A stretch of 64,000 nucleotides of DNA from Nitrosopumilus sp. (GTDB taxonomy: Archaea; Thermoproteota; Nitrososphaeria; Nitrososphaerales; Nitrosopumilaceae), in NCBI GenBank assembly GCA_965214775.1, contig OZ243974.1, forward strand, positions 1,600,001-1,664,000, written 5' to 3'. The translations under genes and the position numbers were made by a program. The notes under the pieces are model-generated. The model had not been told where the DNA came from. It saw only the letters and a list, made by a program, of their open reading frames with translations, and ran no database searches. Shown here piece after piece: positions 21,470-31,294 of this stretch. Position 1 is the first letter of the stretch. Every line of letters starts with the position of its first letter.

Positions 21470-22225
21470 ATGAAAAAAGAGAATGCCTTGCTGTTGGACA
21501 AAATCAAAACCGCTATTTCAGAAACTGTCTCAAAGAAAAAAATTGGAATAGCTTTTTCTGGAGGGGTAGACAGTACGCTGATTTCTAAAATCTGCAACGA
21601 CATGCGTTATGAGATTACGCTGCTGACAATAGGATTCCATGATTCCCATGACGTCTTGTTTGCCAAAAAAGTCAACTCCATACTGAACTACAAACATCAT
21701 GTTTTAGAGATTGAGCATGGCTCGTTTTCCTCCGTTGCATCAGCAATAGGCAAGAAAATCAAGACTGAAAATTTGTCTTGGAATGAGAACTGTATAGCAT
21801 TTCACTATGTCTCAAAGCTTGCCTCAAAATTGGGCATAGATGCCGTACTTACTGCAAATGGGATCGACGAGTTGTTCTGCGGGTATAATGTCTACAGGGA
21901 CGTGTTTTCAGAGGGGGAAAACAAGATTCTTGAGGTAATGAACGCAAAACTAGACAATGAGATGGAAATGATGAAGGCAGTAAATCTGGTTGCTTCTGAA
22001 TTTGGCGTCCTTGTCCAACAGCCACTATTGTCACGATCCTTTATAGAATTTGCAAAAAACATACCTGTTTCTGAAAAAATCCATGATTCGGAGGATCTCT
22101 ATAGAAAACACATCATCAGAAGTCTGGCCAAAGACGTAGGAGTTCCAAAAATCTCCTACAACAAGCGTAAAAAGGCACTGCAGTACGGCTCTAGAATCCA
22201 CAAGACCCTGCTAAAATCTAGATAA
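21470..22225 (+). CDS. Asparagine synthase C-terminal-like (PP-loop) protein
   Basis: AFSGGVDS, G-x-DELFCGY and KKALQYGS motifs; start could be 21416. Confidence 0.88.
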   Translation: MKKENALLLDKIKTAISETVSKKKIGIAFSGGVDSTLISKICNDMRYEITLLTIGFHDSHDVLFAKKVNSILNYKHHVLEIEHGSFSSVASAIGKKIKTENLSWNENCIAFHYVSKLASKLGIDAVLTANGIDELFCGYNVYRDVFSEGENKILEVMNAKLDNEMEMMKAVNLVASEFGVLVQQPLLSRSFIEFAKNIPVSEKIHDSEDLYRKHIIRSLAKDVGVPKISYNKRKKALQYGSRIHKTLLKSR

Positions 22226-23579
22226 ATTTCCTGACTGCCTTTTGAACTGATCTGTTCACGTTGCTAATTATCGCAGGAGCTGCTCCCAGATGTCTTTCTG
22301 GGGCAAAGATAGAATCAATCTCCTTGTCTGTCAGTTTGGATGAAAATGCCTTGTCATTTTTTATCGCATCAATATACTGAATGTTCCTGTCTTTTGCCTC
22401 AAATGCTACCCTCTGCACATCTCTGTATGCTACAAACCTTGGCACTCCCTTTTTGATTAATGCCTCAAGTACAAATTCGGCAAAAATTTGTCCCTTTGTT
22501 ACGTGCAAATTCTCGACAATCTGCTTTTCATTGACAAGCAGGTTTGAGACGACTCTGATCATCGTCTCTAGCATTTCATCTGCTAAAATTGCAACAGTGG
22601 GAATGACAAACCTCTCGTTTGCAGAATTTGAGAGATCTCTTTCATGCCAAAGAGGGATGTTCTCAAACGCGGTTCCTACCTGACTGCGAAGTATTTTTGA
22701 TAGTGAGGAGACCCTCTCGCTTTTGACGGGATTCCTCTTTACTGGCACTGCACTGCTGCCCATCTGTCCTTTCTTGAACTGCTCTGCGACTTCTCCTATC
22801 TCGGTTCTTTGAAGGTTTCTTATCTCTACTGCGATTTTTTCTAGCGTGGCACCGACTAATGACAGTTCAAAGACGTATTCGGCATATCTTTCCCTGGGCA
22901 CTACTTGGGTTGTAACTTCGGCCGGGAACAATCTCAGTCGTTTTGCAACTCTTTTTTGAACCTCTAGTGATTTTTTGCCCATTAATGAACCGGTGCCAAC
23001 GACACCCAGCGTCTTGCAAATCAGAATTCGCTTTTTCATCTCTTCTATTCGCTCTACATGCTTGGCCATTTCGGCGGCCCAGTTTGCAAATTTCAAGCCA
23101 AATGAAATTATGCTTGCATGCTGTCCGTGCGTTCTTCCGACTGCGGGAACTTTTTTGTATTTGACAGCTTTGTTTGCAAGAATCAAGGCCATTTTTCCGA
23201 CTTTGGGCTCTATGATCTCCAAAGAATCTCTCATCTGCATTGAGTTGCTGGTGTCGACTAGATCATTGCTTGTTAGACCATAATGGATCCATGGCCTTGC
23301 ATCCTTACTACACCTTTCACTTAATGATTCCACTAGTGCAGCAGTGTCATGATCACTTTTTGCTTCCAACTGTCTAATCCTTTTGGCAGTAATTCTGCCA
23401 GAGTTTGCAGCCCTGAAAATGTTTTTTCCTGCCTTTTTTGGAATTAGCCCGATTTCACTCTGAGAGATTGCAGCTGCCCCCTCAACTTCCAGCTGGTAAT
23501 CCACTTTTTTTTGCTCGCCAAACACGGCAAGCATCTCCTTTGTCCCGTATCTTCTGCTATCAATGGGTAAAATTGCCAA
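22218..23579 (-). CDS. purB: Adenylosuccinate lyase
   Basis: GLTSND, GRTHGQHA, GSSAVPVKRNP and WHERDLSNS motifs. Confidence 0.96.
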   Translation of the reverse strand: MAILPIDSRRYGTKEMLAVFGEQKKVDYQLEVEGAAAISQSEIGLIPKKAGKNIFRAANSGRITAKRIRQLEAKSDHDTAALVESLSERCSKDARPWIHYGLTSNDLVDTSNSMQMRDSLEIIEPKVGKMALILANKAVKYKKVPAVGRTHGQHASIISFGLKFANWAAEMAKHVERIEEMKKRILICKTLGVVGTGSLMGKKSLEVQKRVAKRLRLFPAEVTTQVVPRERYAEYVFELSLVGATLEKIAVEIRNLQRTEIGEVAEQFKKGQMGSSAVPVKRNPVKSERVSSLSKILRSQVGTAFENIPLWHERDLSNSANERFVIPTVAILADEMLETMIRVVSNLLVNEKQIVENLHVTKGQIFAEFVLEALIKKGVPRFVAYRDVQRVAFEAKDRNIQYIDAIKNDKAFSSKLTDKEIDSIFAPERHLGAAPAIISNVNRSVQKAVRKFI

Positions 23580-23668
23580 TGTCTTTTATTTTTTGACATC
23601 GAAAATAAATCTACTGGTAACCTTCTTTGCATTTGATCTGACTGTCCAATCTTTCAGAATTCAGACTG

Positions 23669-23866
23669 TTACTGTCGAGTTTTTTTTATTGTTGCAATTT
23701 TTTTCTGAGATCTGACTTCCTTGGTTTTTGCTTTTTGCTTGTCTACTTTGCCTTCCCTTTTTGTCGGTTTGCCGCCTCTTCTGGCAGCCCTTGATGCCTT
23801 TGATCGCATTTTTTGCTGCTCCTTTTGCTCCCCAATCTCTTTTTTAGTGGGTTTGCGTTGTACCAT
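23669..23866 (-). CDS. Small, very basic hypothetical protein
   Basis: K/R-rich ORF with TATA-like sequence upstream. Confidence 0.5.
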   Translation of the reverse strand: MVQRKPTKKEIGEQKEQQKMRSKASRAARRGGKPTKREGKVDKQKAKTKEVRSQKKIATIKKTRQ

Positions 23867-23909
23867 AATCCTCAATGGATTTAATATTAGATAAATGATT
23901 TTGTTTTAG

Positions 23910-24033
23910 CAGTCTTCCCAGAAGTGTTGCACAAAACGACTCCAGACCCGAAGCAATCCAAATCAACCCTGCCTGCAGATCCACGCATGTAACTGTCTGC
24001 ATCACCCCAAGTCGAGTACATCTGGGAAGACTG
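23910..24033. mobile_element. MITE family A, copy 2
   Basis: CAGTCTTCCCAGA...TCTGGGAAGACTG; TTTAG flanking duplication. Confidence 0.8.
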
Positions 24034-24049
24034 TTTAGGTTCTATGTGT

Positions 24050-24281
24050 CTTGTACAGAAATTAAGTCCGCCTAAGATAAGGCGTACGATCGCTGACTAT
24101 TTCAGGCTGTACCGATCAGATAATGACGTGACAAGAAAGATGTCGGACAAAGAGATCAGGTATGTCATCAAGGGACGTAATGCCGGAAAGAGCGCCATGT
24201 CGCTGGCCCGTGACATGAAGGTGACGCCACGACACGTGAGGAGGATTTACGCTAGGTACCGCCGAACCGGAAAGATGCATG
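24050..24281 (+). pseudogene. IS481-like transposase N-terminal HTH remnant
   Basis: MSDKEIRYVIK...LARDMKVTPRHVRRIYARYRRTG, cut at a GTAACAGGT element end. Confidence 0.55.
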
Positions 24282-24309
24282 GTAACAGGTCGGGCTCTGG
24301 AAGCTCAGG

Positions 24310-24418
24310 CGTGAATCTTGCAACCCCGGAGGTCACTGGGGCAGCCAGCCTGCTCGGCCTGGGCGAACATCTGCAGTGTGCCCGTGAATCTTGCAACCCC
24401 GGAGGTCACTGGGGCAGC
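24310..24418. repeat. Two identical 36-nt direct repeats with a 37-nt spacer (CRISPR-like mini-array)
   Basis: CGTGAATCTTGCAACCCCGGAGGTCACTGGGGCAGC at 24310-24345 and 24383-24418; internal CCCC/GGGG hairpin. Confidence 0.8.
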
Positions 24419-24474
24419 ACCTCCAACCAGCAGGCTGATTTGGAAGGTATGAGATCGCCGGTCAAAGCCCTCAA

Positions 24475-24968
24475 TTATTTGTGATCGTTGCTATAAAACA
24501 TCCAACCCTCTCTGCTAAAGACCTCTATGATCTTTATGCTCTCTATGCCGTACTCTTTTGCCACGCTTGGAATTTTATTTGGCCTGTCGCTTTCTTGGGT
24601 TACGATCATCCATTTATCGCCGGTGATGTTGATGTTGATGCGCGATGATGCCAACGCAATAAGATACGGATCGGCCTCATCTCTATTTTTGTTGGCGTGC
24701 AGCAGTTTTGAGTGCTTTCGTACTATGTCCATGGCGCTTTTTTTATTTCATCGGTGTCCTTTTTGAACATGCCCTTGTTATTTTTACACCATTCGTGTAT
24801 ATCATCATCCTGTCTAGAGATTTCGTCCAAAACCACCCTTGATGATATCACTCTGTTTTCCTTAACCAGTGCCTCAAAACTCTCCCATACACCTGGAAAG
24901 ACATTGCGCGGATAATCCCTGCTCAAAGAAATCAACGCGCTAGTGTCCATGACATACGCGTTTGACAA
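24475..24968 (-). pseudogene. DUF4411-type PIN-domain protein split by a frameshift in an A7 run
   Basis: YVMDTSAL...FPGVWE in one frame; ADPYLIALA...VTQE...KIP in the next frame. Confidence 0.8.
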
Positions 24969-24970
24969 TT

Positions 24971-26140
24971 TTAGAGCGCCTGTTCCTCGAGTTTTTTCAA
25001 ATGCTTTAGCTTGATCCCAAGATACTCGGCAACATCACTGATGTGGATTATATCTCTGACTTCGGACTCCAAAACCAGTGAAACGAACTTCCTTCCCCTG
25101 TTACTTATGCACAGGCGGGTTCTTTCCACACCGCCCGTGTTTTTTGCGGATCGCCTAGTTTCGCTGCTTTTGATCTTCTGAAGCAGCAGGTCGTAACCTG
25201 AGGCAGGATCATCTTTTCCAAGATTTCTTAGCCTGACAGCAACCGCCTGCTTGCTTACCCTGAATTTGGCTGCCAGTCTGTAGATGATTTCCTCTTTTTC
25301 GAATCCGCGTTCTTCCAGCATGCGGCATTCCTTTAGGAGTGGTTTCTCTGGCATGAGAACCGAGGCGGCAAAACTGTTGCACCACGCCTCTATGTGTTGG
25401 AGATCATCATAGGATCCACTTTCGTACATTGTCTGGGGAATGCACATTCCATCCTTTCTTAGCAAGATGTGGCCGTATTCATGCAGCAGTGAAAATATCC
25501 TTGCCTCTACAATGTCCTTTGAGCTGACAACTATCGCCATGGGAAGCCTGTCGGATAACGTTATTGCGCGAACCTCCTCTATCTGCATGCTTGTTTGGAA
25601 GACAAATATGTTCAATGACTCGATCGTCTGCCTTAGCGCACTGTAGAGCTCCCTAGGGGTTTTTGCCTCCGGCACGGATAGTGCGCCTGATTCAAGTCCC
25701 AGTTTTTTGCATTCTGTTTCTGCGATCCTCTCGGGCGATGACTGGGTGGTGACTGCAGCTACCATGGGTTCCGTGTCCATCCCTTGGGCCTTCATAAGAT
25801 CTTCTGCGATCTCCTGTAGGTGACGCACATCTCGGATCTTCGCGCGCGTATCGAGTGAAAGCCGGATCTCTTTCTGACCCGGCAGCCTTCGATAGTCAGG
25901 TATCCTTGACTCCTCGGGAGGTTCTGGCAAAAAGAATGTGGCCAGTGGACGTTTTAAAACCCTTGAGATCTTTTCCAGTTTCTTCATTTCGATTTCAACA
26001 CTACTGGTCATCCATTTCTCAACATCGGACTCTGTAACCTTGATCTTTTCTGCCAGCTCCGCAACATCTAGCCCGCTATCATCTATGATCCATTTTACCA
26101 CTTTTGGATTTGTTTTAACCAAGATTGTCTGCCGAGCCAT
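24971..26140 (-). CDS. XRE-HTH + ImmA/IrrE zinc metallopeptidase
   Basis: N-terminal HTH; FSLLHEYGH (HExxH); E-x-WCN-x-FAA-x-VLMP. Confidence 0.9.
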   Translation of the reverse strand: MARQTILVKTNPKVVKWIIDDSGLDVAELAEKIKVTESDVEKWMTSSVEIEMKKLEKISRVLKRPLATFFLPEPPEESRIPDYRRLPGQKEIRLSLDTRAKIRDVRHLQEIAEDLMKAQGMDTEPMVAAVTTQSSPERIAETECKKLGLESGALSVPEAKTPRELYSALRQTIESLNIFVFQTSMQIEEVRAITLSDRLPMAIVVSSKDIVEARIFSLLHEYGHILLRKDGMCIPQTMYESGSYDDLQHIEAWCNSFAASVLMPEKPLLKECRMLEERGFEKEEIIYRLAAKFRVSKQAVAVRLRNLGKDDPASGYDLLLQKIKSSETRRSAKNTGGVERTRLCISNRGRKFVSLVLESEVRDIIHISDVAEYLGIKLKHLKKLEEQAL

Positions 26141-26200
26141 CCTGCTAAGAAAAAACAAGCGTCAAATATCAATATTCCTAGATGTGTAGCGTAACCATAT

Positions 26201-27331
26201 GTGTCTCAAAAACAAAATTCAGATGGTGCCAAGATAAATGGCAATGCAAACAAACAGATTACCGCAAAAAAGAGGATACATGTGAAATCAAAGACTGTAC
26301 AAATACAACAACAACAGCAGCAGTATGTCGGCCTGGACGTGCGCAAGAATTTCATCCAGGTCGCGGTGATGGACAAGGGCGGCAAGATGCTGAGTAACAC
26401 AAGAGTCGACAACAAGGACGACGAGATAAGGAAGATATTTGCAGGGATTCCAAAGAATGCAAAGTGCGTCATGGAGTCCTCTTCAGTATGGTACGGGCTG
26501 TTCAGGTTCATTTCAGACAGTCTCAAAAGGGACGTGATCCTCTCAAACCCGTTTGAGACCAAGGTTATTGCCACATCAAAGAAAAAGACAGACAAGGTCG
26601 ACGCGCAGATTCTGGCAGATCTTCTCAGGGGAGGATACATATCTGCATGCTACGTTCCCTCCGGCAAGACTGTACAGAACAGGCAGCTGACCAGGCACCG
26701 CGCAAAGACGATACAGTCAAGGACCGTACTAAAGAACCAGATACACGCAATACTGCTGCAAAACAGGATACAGGTAAATGGGGATCCGTTCTCCAGACCG
26801 TGGATCTCAAGGGTGAGAGATCTGGACAACTTTAGGATAAATGACAAATTAAGCATAATTGACTCCATAAACGACAGGATAGTAGGCATTGACATGCGCA
26901 TCAAGAGCGCGGTTGCCGACAGTCCGGATGCAGTCTTACTGCAGACGATTCCCGGGTTTGGCAGCTACACCGCGCTGACCATGGCATCAGAGATAGACGG
27001 CGTTGACAGGTTTGCCGACTCACACAAGCTGTGCGCGTATGCCGGAATGGTGCCGTCTGTGAGAAACTCGGCAGACACCGTCCACCATGGAAGGATAACA
27101 AAGAGGGGCAGCCCCATGATGAGGTGGCTCCTGGTGGAGTCAGTACACAGCCACGTAAGACATGCGCCGTCAGACTCGCCGATATCTGTCTTTTACAAGA
27201 GGGTTGCAAAGAAGAGGGGAACGTCCAAGGCCGCAGTGGCTGCCGCATCCAAGATGCTGCGCATATCATACTGGATGCTAAAGAAGAGGATGACCTTCAA
27301 GCAGTGCATAGGAGATGCGTGTGTGAAATGA
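26201..27331 (+). CDS. IS110-family recombinase/transposase (apparently intact)
   Basis: YVGLDV, VMES and KTDKVDA (DEDD RuvC-like); Tnp20 domain TIPG..G, AGMVPSVRNS and ITKRG. Confidence 0.93.
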   Translation: MSQKQNSDGAKINGNANKQITAKKRIHVKSKTVQIQQQQQQYVGLDVRKNFIQVAVMDKGGKMLSNTRVDNKDDEIRKIFAGIPKNAKCVMESSSVWYGLFRFISDSLKRDVILSNPFETKVIATSKKKTDKVDAQILADLLRGGYISACYVPSGKTVQNRQLTRHRAKTIQSRTVLKNQIHAILLQNRIQVNGDPFSRPWISRVRDLDNFRINDKLSIIDSINDRIVGIDMRIKSAVADSPDAVLLQTIPGFGSYTALTMASEIDGVDRFADSHKLCAYAGMVPSVRNSADTVHHGRITKRGSPMMRWLLVESVHSHVRHAPSDSPISVFYKRVAKKRGTSKAAVAAASKMLRISYWMLKKRMTFKQCIGDACVK

Positions 27332-27569
27332 ATGTTGGTATTACCATTACAGTTAGAACTTTAATCTGCGTTAACCTAGTTGAGGGCGATCCTCGTTTTG
27401 TAACTGCAGAATGGTTCTGATAAATGGATGAAGAATGGTGCTGAGGGAGATCCTCGTATAGATAAGTGTCCGACCTTCATTTTGGAATTGTCAGGAAGAG
27501 ACCCCCAGCCAAAGCCATGCCTCACAACACCGTTGCGCGTGGAATCCTTATAAACGTGACACATAGATA

Positions 27570-27681
27570 ATAGGTTAGCCCCTGCCTAGGCAGCAATCAG
27601 GCATGAATCTGCCTGCAGTTGCGATTTTCATGCCTGAAAAGCGGGGGGTGTGACTTTAACTCTAGGCAGGGGCTAACCTAT
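27570..27681. repeat. Palindromic MITE-like element related to family C
   Basis: 20-bp IR ATAGGTTAGCCCCTGCCTAG; core CAATCAGGCATGAAT...GATTTTCA shared with the 43551 and 58187 elements. Confidence 0.65.
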
Positions 27682-27860
27682 CACATTACATCTATTATCC
27701 AATCTGGACTTGCTCTGAGTTCTGCGAGGAGCTGGTTTGTCTTGCAAGTGATCGTTTCTTTGTCTAACGTTAACAAAAATCATCTTAAATTAATTTAAAA
27801 TTTTTTTATTGTTCCTTTGATGGTTTAAATTAAACTATACGACTTTCTCATTGATGCTAT

Positions 27861-29300
27861 ATGATTCCAAAGAAAATCGGCGAAAATCAATACCAGATTG
27901 ATGCAGATTCCAACCTTGGAATGAAGGTTCCTGTACGAATCTACGCAGATGATCAACTATTGCAAAAAATGCTCTCTGACAGGACCATCTTGCAGGCACG
28001 AAACGTCTCCTCCATTCCAGGGATTCTGGGCCAAAGCGTTGTTCTCCCAGACGGCCACGAGGGTTATGGCTTTCCTGTTGGCGGAGTGGCTGCTATGGAT
28101 GCCAAAGAGGGCATGATTAGTCCTGGAGGCGTCGGCTATGACATTAATTGCGGAGTAAGACTGCTCCGTTCAAATCTGGATGAACAGACAGTCCGTTCAA
28201 AATTAAAAGATCTTGTGACTGATCTTTTCAGTTCTATTCCTTCGGGCGTTGGTTCCAAAGGATCTGTCAGACTAAGGCATTCTGAATTAGACGAGGTTCT
28301 TGTCAAGGGAGTTGACTGGGCAATTGATAATGGATATGGAACCGTTGATGACTCTGATGTATGTGAGGAAAATGGCCAAATACAAAATGCAGATCCTAAC
28401 AAGGTTTCAGACAAAGCTAGAAAGAGAGGCGCACCCCAACTTGGCAGTTTGGGTTCTGGAAATCATTTCTTAGAAGTACAAAAAGTCGAAGAGATTCATG
28501 ATGAGAAAGCCGCAACCAGAATGGGAATAAAAAAGGGAACGATAACAGTTCTGATTCATTGTGGCTCTAGGGGGTTTGGTCATCAGGTATGCAGTGACTA
28601 TCTTAGAATTTCAGAGCAGTCGATGGAAAAATATGGCGTTGATCTGCCTGATAAGGAGCTTGCATGCGTTCCAAACACTTCTGAGGAAGGCGAATCCTAT
28701 AGAAAGGCAATGTTTGCAGCTCTAAACTTTGCTTGGAGCAACAGACAAATGATTACTCATTGGACCCGAAAATCTTTTGAACGTGTTTTTAATCAGACTG
28801 AATCTGATCTTGATATGAAACTAGTCTATGACGTAGCTCATAATATTGCCAAAGTAGAAAGACACAAAGTTGATAGAAGGGAACGAGACGTCGTAGTGCA
28901 CAGAAAAGGTGCTACTAGGGCATTTCCTTCAAACAGATCTGAGATTCCTTCAAAATACCGCGATCTTGGCCAGCCTGTCCTTCTGCCGGGCTCGATGGGT
29001 ACCTCAAGCTGGATCTTGCTTGGCCGGCCAAATTCCATGGAACTGAGCTTTGGCTCAACTGCCCATGGTGCAGGAAGAACAATGTCCAGATCAAAGGCAC
29101 GAAGAAGTTACACCGAAAACGATGTCAAGAAATCACTGAGCGACAGGGGGATATTTATCAAGGCATTGACCCGGGACGGGGTTGTGGAAGAAACCCCCCA
29201 TGCATACAAAGATGTTGATGCTGTAGTTGATGTTTCTCATAATCTTGGAATTGCCACAAAAGTTGCAAAATTGGTACCTATTGGTGTGATAAAGGGTTGA
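27861..29300 (+). CDS. rtcB: tRNA-splicing ligase RtcB
   Basis: PDGHEGYGFPVG, GYDINCG, GSGNHF, HRKGATRA and STAHGAGR motifs. Confidence 0.97.
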   Translation: MIPKKIGENQYQIDADSNLGMKVPVRIYADDQLLQKMLSDRTILQARNVSSIPGILGQSVVLPDGHEGYGFPVGGVAAMDAKEGMISPGGVGYDINCGVRLLRSNLDEQTVRSKLKDLVTDLFSSIPSGVGSKGSVRLRHSELDEVLVKGVDWAIDNGYGTVDDSDVCEENGQIQNADPNKVSDKARKRGAPQLGSLGSGNHFLEVQKVEEIHDEKAATRMGIKKGTITVLIHCGSRGFGHQVCSDYLRISEQSMEKYGVDLPDKELACVPNTSEEGESYRKAMFAALNFAWSNRQMITHWTRKSFERVFNQTESDLDMKLVYDVAHNIAKVERHKVDRRERDVVVHRKGATRAFPSNRSEIPSKYRDLGQPVLLPGSMGTSSWILLGRPNSMELSFGSTAHGAGRTMSRSKARRSYTENDVKKSLSDRGIFIKALTRDGVVEETPHAYKDVDAVVDVSHNLGIATKVAKLVPIGVIKG

Positions 29301-29707
29301 GTGAAGAAGATTCTGAACTAGAAAGACTAAAGGCAAAACGTCTTGCTGAAATGCAAAAAAACATTTCTTCTCAAAAGGACACCGGCCAAACCAGACCTGA
29401 AGAGGAGAAACCGGCTGAAAATCCTAGGGCGTTCCTGGTTTCAAAACTTGGTTTTAGGGGATTGGAAGTCTTGGAAAATGCAGAATCACAGTTTCCAAAC
29501 GAAACAAGAATGATTGTCACAAAATTGTACGAGCTAGTTAAAAGTGGAGAGATAAACGAGGAAATAGATGGCGGTAAGCTGTTGACCCTGTTCCGCTACG
29601 TTGGGCTAAATGTCAGAATGGCAACAAAGATCAATGTAGAGCAGGACGGAAAATTTGTATCATTGGCTGACAAGCTAAGTAATCGATCTTCAGGCGATGA
29701 GCAGTGA
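29297..29707 (+). CDS. PDCD5-like dsDNA-binding protein
   Basis: DSELERLKAKRLAEMQ N-terminus; coupled to rtcB. Confidence 0.75.
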   Translation: MSEEDSELERLKAKRLAEMQKNISSQKDTGQTRPEEEKPAENPRAFLVSKLGFRGLEVLENAESQFPNETRMIVTKLYELVKSGEINEEIDGGKLLTLFRYVGLNVRMATKINVEQDGKFVSLADKLSNRSSGDEQ

Positions 29708-30012
29708 TAGTTGAAATTGGAACCAAGAACTATTCTGATGACCGCCTAAAAATCAAGATGGCCATGTCTCATATGGAGAGTCTTCTGAGTGCCTATGGGG
29801 GATATGTTCTAGGCGAGCCTACCGAAAAACTTGGATGGACATTTTTTAAAATGGAATTAAAGCCTGATTTGCAGGCAGGAATAGAACAAAAATTTTCTGA
29901 CATGATTGACAAGTACAGGTGGAGCAATCCCGCAGACAAACTTGCAAAATTTATGACAGATTATTTTAATTCCAAAGGCTGCCAGGTAAAAGTCTCTGTC
30001 GTTCCTGACTAG
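29704..30012 (+). CDS. Hypothetical protein
   Basis: GTGA overlap within the operon. Confidence 0.7.
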   Translation: MIVEIGTKNYSDDRLKIKMAMSHMESLLSAYGGYVLGEPTEKLGWTFFKMELKPDLQAGIEQKFSDMIDKYRWSNPADKLAKFMTDYFNSKGCQVKVSVVPD

Positions 30013-31019
30013 ACCCTTCTTCCTCTTTTTCCGCCTTTCTTTCTGGTGGTATCATGAGGGATGGGGGTAACGTCGTCGATTCTTCCAATTTTGAATCCGC
30101 CTCTTGCCAAAGCTCTGATTGCAGCCTGCGCACCCGGACCTGGAACCCTTGAACCTACTCCTCCAACGGCACGAACTCTGATGTGAAATCCTGTGAAACC
30201 TTTCGTTCTTGCAGATTCGACAACTTGGTTTGCAGCTTTCATTGCAGCAAATGGTGATGATTCATATCTGTCGGCATTTACGTGAATTCCGCCAGAACTA
30301 ATGGCGACAGTTTCTGCGCCTGTTAAATCTGTCATGTGAATGATTGTGTTGTTGTAACTGCTGAAAATATGAGCGATTCCCCATTTTTCGGGATCCTCTT
30401 TTTTTGCCTCTGGCTGGGTTTTTTGTTCTACATTTTTAGACTTGGTTTCTTCAGCTGGCGCCTTGGTTTCTTCAGCTGGCGCTTCTTCAGCTGGCGCCTT
30501 GGTTTCTTCAGCTGGCGCTTCTTCAGCTGGCGCCTTGGTTTCTTCAGCTGGCGCTTCTTCAGCTGGCGCTTCTTCAGCTGGCGCTTCTTCAGCTGGCGTT
30601 TCTTCAGCTGGCGCTTCTTCAGCTGGCGCCTTGGTTTCTTCAGCTGGCGCTTCTTCAGCTGGCGCCTTGGTTTCTTCAGCTGGCGCTTCTTCAGCTGGCG
30701 CCTTGGTTTCTTCAGCTGGCGCTTCTTCAGCTGGCGCTTCTTCAGCTGGCGCTTCTTCAGCTGGCGCCTTGGTTTCTTCAGCTGGTGCTTCTTCAGCTGG
30801 CGCCTTGGTTTCTTCAGCTGGCGCTTCTTCAGCTGGCGCCTTGGTTTCTTCAGCTTTGGCTTCTTCAGCTGGCGCCTTGGCTTCTTCAGCTTTGGCTTCT
30901 TCAGCTGGCGCCTTGGCTTCTTCAGCTTTGGCTTCTTCAGCTGGCGCCTTGGCTTCTTCAGCTGGCGCTTCTTCAGCTGGCGCCTTGGTTTCTTCAGCTT
31001 TGGCTTCGGTTTCAGACAT
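30009..31019 (-). CDS. rps11: Ribosomal protein uS11 with a long acidic Pro/Ala repeat N-terminal extension
   Basis: C-terminal [12 protein letters not shown]...[17 protein letters not shown]; about 190 aa of [12 protein letters not shown] repeats. Confidence 0.95.
   Translation of the reverse strand: MSETEAKAEETKAPAEEAPAEEAKAPAEEAKAEEAKAPAEEAKAEEAKAPAEEAKAEETKAPAEEAPAEETKAPAEEAPAEETKAPAEEAPAEEAPAEEAPAEETKAPAEEAPAEETKAPAEEAPAEETKAPAEEAPAEETPAEEAPAEEAPAEEAPAEETKAPAEEAPAEETKAPAEEAPAEETKAPAEETKSKNVEQKTQPEAKKEDPEKWGIAHIFSSYNNTIIHMTDLTGAETVAISSGGIHVNADRYESSPFAAMKAANQVVESARTKGFTGFHIRVRAVGGVGSRVPGPGAQAAIRALARGGFKIGRIDDVTPIPHDTTRKKGGKRGRRV
30444..31005. repeat. Coding tandem repeat (15/21-nt units) in rps11
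   Basis: Repeated TTCTTCAGCTGGCGC(CTTGGT) units. Confidence 0.95.
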
Positions 31020-31294
31020 TGACTACTGACTCCTTAAAGGGTTTAAAAAACATTGATTTTTTTCTTGCTTGTTTGCTTGTTTGAAATTAGTCGTCTGAAC
31101 CAAAAATTACTGATTCTTCTTGTACTCTGAATATTTAATTTCCTTATGACCCCCTTCTTCTAATTGCAATAATAACTGATGTTGGAATGTAACCATCTAT
31201 GTTAAAACACCCGGGCCCTTTAGCGGTGGCAGACTATGTCTCCCTAATCCACGCCTAGTTTAATATGGGCCGCTTTATAGCTTAGGCTGGGTAC

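Noticed and set aside
24044-24484. 146-aa ORF as one protein
   Set aside because: A chimera of a transposase HTH fragment read through an element end and the repeats.
27570-27681. Palindrome as part of the IS110 bridge RNA
   Set aside because: Its core matches MITE family C elsewhere in the window, so it is more likely a separate insertion.
30336-31084. Repetitive plus-strand ORFs (FFSWR, SSAGA, LLQL) and a possible CRISPR array
   Set aside because: Antisense shadows of the rps11 coding repeat, with no unique spacers.
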